27,108 bases of DNA from Candidatus Thorarchaeota archaeon (lineage in GTDB: Archaea; Asgardarchaeota; Thorarchaeia; Thorarchaeales; Thorarchaeaceae), in contig DXJO01000012.1 of assembly GCA_019057475.1 (NCBI GenBank), positions 1 through 27,108 of the forward strand, given 5' to 3'. Position 1 is the first letter of the stretch. Each line of letters starts with the position of its first letter. Shown one piece after another: positions 1 to 8,600 of this stretch. A model generated the notes under the pieces. It did not search any database. It was given only the letters and a program-made list of their open reading frames with translations, and was not told where the DNA came from. The position numbers were made by a program, and so were the translations under genes.

Positions 1-1697
1 CATATGTAGGGTATCCACATCTTCTCGGCGGATCTGACCTTTTTCCCTACTGTCTGAGACCTGTCATCGATTTCGTACCTGATGCCAGCAGCATCAAGCT
101 CCTTGCCCAGCTCAAGACAGTAATCCACGAAGCTCTCATCCACAGGTGAGAGTCGCACCTGAACCGGAGTCATCCATAGAGGCAAGTGTGGAGTTTTTCC
201 CTTTTTCATATCCTTGTGCGCTTGTTCCAATACCCCATAAACTATGCGCTCAATCGAACCAGACGGGGAGGTGTGCAAGATCAATGGATACATCTCTGTT
301 CCATCCTCAGCAATGTAGGTTATTTCGAATCGCTCGGCATTCTCGACGTCAATCTGAATCGTGGCAAGACATGCAGCTTTCTTCTGGTCGTCAACAACAT
401 TCCATTCCCCTTTAAATACGAAATACGCATACCTCTCCTCGAATATCTCCACCATGACTGGCTTGCCCACGAAATCAACAACGGAATGCAGGAACTCCTT
501 GTCTGCCTCATAGAAGCTTTTCTGGATTCTGAAGGCAACCTCGTAATCGGCTTCCAGCTCCTTGTGCAACTTCTGCACAAACACGAGCTGGTTCTTGACA
601 GCTTGTTTAGCCATCTCCTCATCAGCCACAAACTCGTGAATGTCAGGCATTGTAAAGGCTCGAGGGCGACGCATTCCAGCTAGCTCTCCGCTCTGCTCCC
701 TCCGATATGAAGGTGCAATCTCGAAAAGCTTCAATGGCAACTGCTTGTGGGAAACCACAGCTTGTGACATCAGAAGAAACTGCCCAAAGCACGCTGAGAA
801 TCGAGCGAAGTAGTCGTGGTCTCCAGACTTCACAACATACTGACGCGATGGGAACCTCTGCAGGTAGGACTTCAGAGATGGATGCTCATAGTCATAGATG
901 AGCGGCGTCTGGACGACATGTGCGCCATAATCAATCATCTCCTGGGTTACGCGTCCTTCTATGGCTCTCTTGAGAGTGAGCCCTCTGGGAGGCCACCTGA
1001 AGTTGCCAGCATCGGAGCCTGGCTCGTAGTCCACCAGCTCAAGCTTCTTCATCAACTCAATGTGTGGCGGGGCTTCGTGCGCCGTTCGATCCTTATCAGT
1101 TTCGTACTTCACGTAGAGCTGTAACTCTTTGTGGCCTTTGAAGTTGAACTTGTCAATGGATGTAAGCTTGCCACCGGGCTCGAGAATGTAGAAGTGTGAT
1201 ATGGCTTCTTCTTCTGCCGCTATTGCCGTTAGGTCTTCTCCTTCTGTGACCTCAATCTTGTCCTTGGTAATGGTCGTGATGTCTAACACCTTGGAACGCT
1301 CAGCAAGAGGATGGCCCTTGCAGTGAATTTCAAAGGCCTTATACCAGCCGAACGGAACACGCAGAACCTCATAGCCGCGCCCCTTCAAGTCCTTGGCGAT
1401 ACTCTTTAGGAGTTTCTGTGCTGCACTAGGAGGTGCCGGCGTTTCGGTCAAATGGACCCACGGATAAATAACAATCCGTGTTTCCTTGATCTCCTCTGCC
1501 GCCTCAGCTATCATTTCAGCGGTCTTCTCTGCCGCAGTTTTGATGTCTGTCTGGTCGGAGGTTTCAGCTGCTATGAAGTTGATCAGCCAAGATTCTTCTG
1601 AAACGTAGGTCTTGGCTTTTACGGCCTCGGCGCTCTTGAGAGCCTTTTGTTTCGCTTCAAACGAGAAACCATCACTGTGAATCTGCAGCATTCTCAT
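1..1697 (-). CDS. thrS: Threonyl-tRNA synthetase, archaeal type (3' end lies outside the window)
   Basis: Manual translation of several segments from ATG at 1697: MRMLQIHSDGFSFEAKQKAL (archaeal editing-domain start), FSACFGQF, YRREQSGELAGMRRPRAFTMPDIH, LHTSPSGSIER, and anticodon-binding domain PLWMTPVQVRL...IDDRSQTVGKKVR. It is missing from the ORF track, consistent with the stop lying beyond position 1. Confidence 0.96.
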   Translation of the reverse strand, partial: MRMLQIHSDGFSFEAKQKALKSAEAVKAKTYVSEESWLINFIAAETSDQTDIKTAAEKTAEMIAEAAEEIKETRIVIYPWVHLTETPAPPSAAQKLLKSIAKDLKGRGYEVLRVPFGWYKAFEIHCKGHPLAERSKVLDITTITKDKIEVTEGEDLTAIAAEEEAISHFYILEPGGKLTSIDKFNFKGHKELQLYVKYETDKDRTAHEAPPHIELMKKLELVDYEPGSDAGNFRWPPRGLTLKRAIEGRVTQEMIDYGAHVVQTPLIYDYEHPSLKSYLQRFPSRQYVVKSGDHDYFARFSACFGQFLLMSQAVVSHKQLPLKLFEIAPSYRREQSGELAGMRRPRAFTMPDIHEFVADEEMAKQAVKNQLVFVQKLHKELEADYEVAFRIQKSFYEADKEFLHSVVDFVGKPVMVEIFEERYAYFVFKGEWNVVDDQKKAACLATIQIDVENAERFEITYIAEDGTEMYPLILHTSPSGSIERIVYGVLEQAHKDMKKGKTPHLPLWMTPVQVRLSPVDESFVDYCLELGKELDAAGIRYEIDDRSQTVGKKVRSAEKMWIPYI

Positions 1698-1734
1698 TCT
1701 TGAAACCTCTAGTGGAGTTGCCCTAGCTCCATCT

Positions 1735-1747
1735 AACACTTAAGCTT
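1735..1747 (-). promoter_or_regulatory. Putative TATA-like promoter element upstream of thrS
   Basis: Minus strand reads AAGCTTAAGTGTT about 40 nt upstream of the ATG. The same AAGCTTAAGTGT occurs at about 5446-5457, upstream of the 1808..5386 gene. Confidence 0.35.
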
Positions 1748-1807
1748 GATGCAGCGTCCGTCTGGCACTCATTCGAATGTGATGGTCCCCGGAGGGCTTG
1801 GGGCGTA

Positions 1808-4800
1808 CTAGCCGAACTCACTCGCCCACTGTGCTTCTCTGCGATTCTTGAGGATTAGAATCCCAAAAATTACGATGATGACAAGAGACCCTGTGGTTAT
1901 TGCAAAGCCCACTATGGTGAGGATGCCCCATTCTGGCCATGGGCTTGTCGTTGGACCCGGACTGGTGGAGCCCGCGGTGACAGTAACCCGCACAGTATCG
2001 GTGGCACTTTGACTACCGAAACCGAGCACCGTGATTGTATATTCGTATGTTCCTGCAGCTAATCCGTTGATATTGACACTGACATCTCCACCGTTCCACA
2101 CTGCTGCTATGATCAGACTTCCGTCTCGATGAATGGAGTAGTTAGTGGGGTTCGAGCAGAAGGCATGCCATGTTATCGTATGACCTGTGGTCCCCACCTC
2201 ATACTCGATGTTTGCTGGATGGTCAATCCAGATGTCGATTCCATGTAATGAAATCGGATAGTGATCAACGCCATTCCCTGAGCCTGGCACGGAGTAGTAA
2301 GGTTCGACACCATAGTAATCTGACCACGTGTTGCCTATGCTTACGCCGTCGTCCCAATTGTTATCGTGTCCATAATCCATGGCATTGATTGACGGCGAGT
2401 CGAAGATGTTTCCAAAAACTGTGCAGTTCCAAACCATATCAAATTGAAGACCAATATTGGTATTATTGGCGATAGTGTTTTGATAGAAGAAACACCCGTT
2501 CGAATCCCAGATAATAAGGCCGTACTCGTTTCCAAACACAGTATTTCCGTAGAACTCCGAATAATTCATCCAGCCCCCCTCGATGCCGATAAGATGTCCA
2601 GTAATCGTGTTATGAGCGAACACGGTCCACTCCGCATCGTAAGCAACCACACCGACCATTCCATTGTAGAGGATGTCATTACCAAGCAAACTACAATGCT
2701 GCGACCCATTGAGATGAATCCCAATGTACTGGTTGCTGCTGATTGTGTTGTTGGCGAGCACTATTCCTGTTGAAAGATGTATGTACACACCGACAGTGTT
2801 GCTTCCGATGTAGTTCATGTATAGGCTGCAATCTTCGCAGAAGGCCAAGGAAACGGCTTCTGCCTGCATTGTGAAGCTACCATCGTAAACATCGACCCTG
2901 GTGCAGTCAACGAGGATGATTTGGGCATAGGGGCTTGCATCGATTGAGGCATCTGTAACGTTAACAAAGTATCCAATGCTCCGTCCACTTATCAGGTTAC
3001 CACTAATAGTATGATACCAATGGTCTACGTAGTAGCCAATTATGTAGACACCTTTCTCATTAAAATGGTTGTCAGTGACTTCGCATTCAGTTGAATATGA
3101 TAGCGTCACACTGGCTTCAGATGAATCGTAGAATATGCCATCGATAACATGACAATCGCTCGAGCCGCTTATGTACACCCCAGCGAGGTTGTCGTAGGCC
3201 ACGCAAGAGATGATGCTGATATGTGAGCAATCCCTAATGTAAACACCATCCCCACTGTTGTGAGAATCGAGGGTACAATTATAGATGACAAGGTAGAGCG
3301 TCACGTCGTAGACCCGAATGCATGAGCCTGTTGCGACAATGGCAAGCCATTGGATAACGTATGGATTGCTCGCGGTGCCATTTCCGTTCCAGCCCTCAAT
3401 AGCTGCTTGGGAAATGAGGTCCGCATCACCCCAGATTACGATTGGGTCATGCGGCATGTGATCTGCGGGGAAAACGCTGACAACCACGGTGTCAGTTGAG
3501 TTGGCCCAATTGTCATCATAGATTATGATTGTGCAGCTGTGGACTCCAACAGGCAACCCATCGATATCGGCCAACACCACATCGTTGGGCGTGTTCCATA
3601 AGCCCATGGAATCGAATTCCCCGTCAATGTAGATTTCCCATATTCTTGGATTGGGATCGTAAATGTTCCAGATAATGGTGTTGCCGATTTGACCCTCATA
3701 GTATTCCACATCTGGAGGACTGTCGACCACAGGGGGCGTTGTGTCTGGTGTAACAACTACAATTACCACGTCTGTAGCATTGAAGATTGAGTCACTGACA
3801 AGTGCGGTGTAGTTGTACACCCCAATGTCAAGTCCATCCACATTCACCGTAATCGCTTCCGAGCTCATGTTCCACCAACCCCATGTGTAGAATGAGCCGT
3901 TTCTCAGAATCTCGTAGTAACCTGGAAAGACATCCGATGCGTGCCAGATAATCGTGTTGCCCGTGCTTCCCAATGCGTAAGCAATGTCTGCGGGGGCATC
4001 AATTAATGGTGCTGTGAAATCAGTGAGTACGGATGGATAGCTGTCTGTGCTTCCAGTTGTACCAGGAACCACATAGCTTCCTGAGCCGTCATAGTCGCTC
4101 CATGAATTCCCAAGACTCACGCCAAGATCCCAATAGATGTCTGTGTTGTCGTCATCCCTCGCGTTAACAGAGTTCCAGCCAAGCCTGTTTCCATAGATTA
4201 CCAAGTATCGACAAGACCACTCGAGGAAGATTCCATACACGTTATTACCATAAATCTTGTTGTACGCGATGTTACAGTTATAGGCCGCAAAGGTTCTGAA
4301 CCCATAATCATTGAACATAATCGTATTATTGTCAACAAGACAACCTTTAGGTACTAAGGCTTCGATTCCGTTTCCATTTCGATAGATAGTGTTGTTGACC
4401 ACAACGCAGTTGTCCGGTTCCATCAGATTGATTCCAGTGTACGCGCAGTCATGAACTATGTTATTGCTTACGACACTGTTGTGGGTGACGTTGATGTGTA
4501 TTCCCAGCTCCGCGCAATCGTAGATTGTGTTGTTGTCAATCGATACGCTGTCAGAGAATGTCGTAGTAACTCCGTACTGGACATCGTGGATGAGGCTATT
4601 GCGTAACGAGCAGTCAGCGCAGTACCCCATCTGGAGTCCCACTGTGGCATCAGAAAACGTGCCTCCAAGAACTGTTACATTTGTGCATTCAGCCAACGTA
4701 ATGGCACCATAGAGGTCACCATCAATCACCGTATCAGCAACATTCCAGAACCAGCCGAACGGTTTTCCATCGACAGTGTTGTTCGAGAAGGTGTTTCGCC

Positions 4801-5386
4801 AGTAGTTGGTGCTATGCCCGTAAACCATCGGACTGCAGCCTATGAAAGTATTGTCATCCACAGTACAGTTCCGACATGAGTCGATGTTAAGAGCGATATC
4901 TGTGTCATAGATGGTATTGTTGACAAAGGCGAAGTCGTACACCGTCCATGCTGCAATCCCGAGGTATTTGCCGCGGATCAGACATGAGTCTACGACTCCA
5001 TTGTGTGCGTACGATAACGATATGCCAAAATCCCAGCCCCCCGTAATGGTTTCAAGGACACAATCTCGAATCACGAAATAGGCGTAGGTGCCGGTGATAC
5101 GGATGCATGACTGGTCGCTACTTATGATGTAACCCTCAATGATGTAAGGGTCGAATTCAGTTCCATTGCCGGCCCAACCTTCTGAAGTCGCCTGCAAGGC
5201 GAAATCGCCGTCACTGCCAATTGAGATCCTACTATGGGGAGTATGGTCAGCCAATGCCATCCAGAGGTCGGGTTTTGCCTCGATAGAATCAGCAACCACC
5301 GACTGTCGCGGCGCGGTGGCGGCGCTTGATAACACCACAAACAATAGCAGAAATGTGATGGCAAACAGTGATTTTGAATGATTCAC
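1808..5386 (-). CDS. Membrane-anchored surface protein with two parallel beta-helix (NosD/PbH1-like) modules and Ig-like domains
   Basis: Signal-peptide-like N-terminus. Two modules each open with GW.GNGT...PY(I/V)I and continue with NNTI/GI.L beta-helix repeats, ending in W(D)..GVS.GN.WSDY. Ig-like units (D.P.D..Y..G..G.TI.W...G.Y.YT). Ser/Thr/Pro linker, C-terminal TM helix and KNRR. GTG start preceded by GAGAGGGAG. Confidence 0.85.
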   Translation of the reverse strand: MNHSKSLFAITFLLLFVVLSSAATAPRQSVVADSIEAKPDLWMALADHTPHSRISIGSDGDFALQATSEGWAGNGTEFDPYIIEGYIISSDQSCIRITGTYAYFVIRDCVLETITGGWDFGISLSYAHNGVVDSCLIRGKYLGIAAWTVYDFAFVNNTIYDTDIALNIDSCRNCTVDDNTFIGCSPMVYGHSTNYWRNTFSNNTVDGKPFGWFWNVADTVIDGDLYGAITLAECTNVTVLGGTFSDATVGLQMGYCADCSLRNSLIHDVQYGVTTTFSDSVSIDNNTIYDCAELGIHINVTHNSVVSNNIVHDCAYTGINLMEPDNCVVVNNTIYRNGNGIEALVPKGCLVDNNTIMFNDYGFRTFAAYNCNIAYNKIYGNNVYGIFLEWSCRYLVIYGNRLGWNSVNARDDDNTDIYWDLGVSLGNSWSDYDGSGSYVVPGTTGSTDSYPSVLTDFTAPLIDAPADIAYALGSTGNTIIWHASDVFPGYYEILRNGSFYTWGWWNMSSEAITVNVDGLDIGVYNYTALVSDSIFNATDVVIVVVTPDTTPPVVDSPPDVEYYEGQIGNTIIWNIYDPNPRIWEIYIDGEFDSMGLWNTPNDVVLADIDGLPVGVHSCTIIIYDDNWANSTDTVVVSVFPADHMPHDPIVIWGDADLISQAAIEGWNGNGTASNPYVIQWLAIVATGSCIRVYDVTLYLVIYNCTLDSHNSGDGVYIRDCSHISIISCVAYDNLAGVYISGSSDCHVIDGIFYDSSEASVTLSYSTECEVTDNHFNEKGVYIIGYYVDHWYHTISGNLISGRSIGYFVNVTDASIDASPYAQIILVDCTRVDVYDGSFTMQAEAVSLAFCEDCSLYMNYIGSNTVGVYIHLSTGIVLANNTISSNQYIGIHLNGSQHCSLLGNDILYNGMVGVVAYDAEWTVFAHNTITGHLIGIEGGWMNYSEFYGNTVFGNEYGLIIWDSNGCFFYQNTIANNTNIGLQFDMVWNCTVFGNIFDSPSINAMDYGHDNNWDDGVSIGNTWSDYYGVEPYYSVPGSGNGVDHYPISLHGIDIWIDHPANIEYEVGTTGHTITWHAFCSNPTNYSIHRDGSLIIAAVWNGGDVSVNINGLAAGTYEYTITVLGFGSQSATDTVRVTVTAGSTSPGPTTSPWPEWGILTIVGFAITTGSLVIIVIFGILILKNRREAQWASEFG

Positions 5387-5488
5387 GGCGCTCCCTCTCG
5401 AAACCTGAATCTCCTCAGAACCTTCAAGGCGTTATAGCGCTCAACACACTTAAGCTTCACTATGCTCGTAATCACACATGCGCCCGAA

Positions 5489-5622
5489 GAATGGTACGGG
5501 GAATGGCTTAGGAGAAGAAAAGCGGCAGGGATCCGCAGGCATATCGCCCACGCACCCCTGCTAGTATTCAACTTGCCGCCAGAAGCTACCTTTTCCTTTT
5601 GATAGCCACAATGATAATTATC
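5489..5622. repeat. Direct repeat R1 (3' end of the 5586..10709 gene plus downstream hairpin), paired with 10955-11088
   Basis: Ungapped alignment at offset 5466; about 28 differences in 134 nt by hand count. Shared core CGCAGGCATATCGC.CACGCACCCCTGC. Confidence 0.85.
5511..5561 (-). terminator. Hairpin plus pyrimidine tract downstream of the large beta-helix gene
   Basis: Minus-strand RNA GCAGGGGUGCGUGGGC-GAUAU-GCCUGCGGAUCCCUGC forms a 16-position stem (one G.G mismatch, G-U pairs that only work on this strand), followed by CGCUUUUCUUCUCC. Confidence 0.6.
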
Positions 5623-8600
5623 ACTATCACTCCAGCGCCAATACCGATGACGATAACCAAGACCATCGGGTCAAGCGGCGGAATTTCCTCAGTGGAAGTC
5701 GTTTCTGTTGTCGTGGTAGTCGTTGTGGTTGTAGTGGTTGACGAGAGAACTCTTATCCGGATAGTGAAGGAGCGTGTGTTCCCATATATGTCCTCGACTG
5801 AGATGTTCAGTCCATAATCGCCAACCTCTAGAATGGACTCGTTTGTAACGAGGCCTGTTCCGCTTATGGCAAAGTTCGCGGTATCATTCACATACCACGC
5901 ACCAATTCCCGAGAGGTCCGTAGCCTGCAACTGATACTCTAGAGCTTGACCATAGTCGATACTCTGATCACTCGGTGATACGACCCAATCAGGAGGTGTT
6001 GTGTCCTCAACAGACACAAACACTGTATCGCTGATAGTGTTGTCGCCTACATCATACACAGTCAGAGTGTAGTTGTATGTGCTAACTCCAAGGCCGTCTA
6101 CATCGACAACTATGGGCGAACCGTCCCACACCCAGCTACCAAGCAGGCTGTCATTTTGGTACAGCTCGTAGTGGTCTGGATCCAAATCGCTCGGAGTCCA
6201 GGTAATTGAGTTGCCCGTTGTGCCAAGCTCGTAGTTGACATCAGATGGAGAATCTATCGTTGGAGGTGTCGTGTCCACAACAGACACAAACACTGTATCG
6301 CTGACAGTGTTATCGCCTATATCATACACAGTCAGAGTGTAGTTGTATGTGCTCACTCCAAAGCCGTCCACATCAACAACTATAGGCGAGCCGTCCCACA
6401 CCCAGCTACCAAGCAGGCTGTCATTTCGGTACAGCTCGTAGTGGTCTGGATGCAAATCGCTCGGAGTCCATGTGATTGAGTTGCCCGTTGTGCCAAGCTC
6501 GTAGGTGATGTCGGATGGAGAATCTATCGTCGGAGGCGTTCCGTCCACAACTGTGACGAACACTGTATCGGTCGAGTTGTAGCCTCGTTCGTTATAGACC
6601 ATGACTGTGTAGTTGTAGACACCCACGGAGAAACCATCTACGTCCGCTACTATGGGCGAGCCGTCCCACACCCAGCTGCCAAGCAGACTGCCATTTCGAT
6701 ACAGCTCGTAGTGATCAGGCCTTGGATGTGAAGGGGTCCATGTGATCAAGTTCCCGGCTGCGCCTTCCTCGTACTCTAGGTCACTAGGACTATCGATGTC
6801 AGGAGACCAGACATCTGTGAGGAGTGATGGGTATCTATCGACACTTCCAGCCATTCCATAGATGCTATACACTCCTGTGCCAGAATAGTCATGCCAAGCA
6901 TTGCCTGCGCTCACACCGTCATCCCAAGTGTTGCTAGAACCGGAGTCCATGGCATTGTAGTCGCCATACATGGGACCACCATTCCAGCCAATCTTGTTTC
7001 CAAACAGCGTGTTGTTGGAACCGCTCATCATGATGCCCGGGCCACCATTCTCATAGATCCAGTTGTGTGTGATGGTACAATTGTATGATTCAGAGAATTG
7101 CAGGCCAATCATTTGATTCCCGTAAATCTCGTTGTTATCCACTGTGCAGTTCCAAGCATTCTGAACTATACAACCCATGAGGGAGCCGTTTAGGGCACAG
7201 TTGGTCACACTTGTATCGTTCGAGTTCGAAATGGCCAGACTCAAGTACGAGTTCATGGAGTCAACATCGATTATGTGGCAATCTTGACAGAACGCCAAGG
7301 CGACCCCTAAAGTACAGTTGTCGAAGCTGCCTCCATTCACAGTCACACCCGTGCTATTGGCGATCAGCACCTGTCCATATAGGTTGCCATCAACTACTTC
7401 GCCTGTCGAGTTCCATACATAGCCAAGCGGTTTGCCATTGACAGTATTTCCTGAAGCAACCATGTAGGATTCAGCGGGAGTCATCCCGTAAATGAGGAAT
7501 CCGCTATTGCTGAGTGCATTATCAGTAACCACGCAACTGCCGGAAGCGTAGATGTATGTACCCATGAGAATGTCATAGATTGTGTTGTTCGCAATAATAC
7601 ATCCAGGAGACATACCAGCAGTGATTCCAATGGCGCCGCTATGAAGTGTGTTGTTGCTCGCAGTACATCCGGGACTCATCATGAATGCTACAATTGACAT
7701 CATCGGACCGTTCAGGGCCCCAACGTGATGGACTGTGTTCAAGCTCACGATCGTCCCGGGACTTGATGCGATACATACGCCAAAGACATGTCCTTCGTAG
7801 ATTGTATTATTAATCACGTCGATAGAACTTGAGCTCGATATCTCCACACAGTTAGTGCTGTTATAAACTTCGTTTTCTGTGATAGTGAGGTTTGCAGTCC
7901 CGGTGGCATAGACGCCTGCATCGTGGTTATCATAGATTATGTTGTTCCATACGGTGCATTTGTTTGACCCCGAGATGTAGATGCCAATAGCTTTCCATGT
8001 TATGTTGCATGACTCCACCTGACCGTTCGTCACATTGTTGAAGATGATGCCAATCCCAAAGTGCGCGGCAAGAGATGAGAATGAGGAGCCGCGAATTACA
8101 AAGTGGGCGTCGACATCGCCAATATAAGCAGTAGTGGCATTCAACGTAATGTCAAGCCCCTCGATTATGTATGGGTCCATCTCGGTTCCCGAACCGGGCC
8201 AGTCTTGGGTCACGAAATCGCTGTTTGAAGTGATTAAGAGAGCGCCAGGTGCTGTTGATACGTTAACAAGTACGGTATCACCAGTACTCAACCCACCTTG
8301 ATCGAACACGACCAGAGTGTAGTTAAGGATACTGACTTTTGAGGGAGTCACCCATATCATTATGGGATCTCCCTCCCACATATCGGATTCGACGACCACT
8401 TCATCCACATAAAGATCATAATGATCTGGGAAGTAGTCAATGGGGTGCCAAGTGATGAAACATCCTGTACCGCCCAATCCGAGTTCTATGTCGGCAGGAT
8501 GGTCAATCGTTGGTGGCACAGTGTCGACGAAGAGCCATGGGTAATTATCCACACTTCCCGCTGTTCCCGGAATGCTGTAGGCCCCTGGACCCACGTAATC

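Noticed and set aside
146-1124. Several ORFs of 64-165 aa in the ORF track
   Set aside because: They are antisense or off-frame shadows of thrS, which has clear motifs throughout.
5995-6800. CRISPR-like periodicity
   Set aside because: These are 270-bp in-frame coding repeats with no unique spacers.
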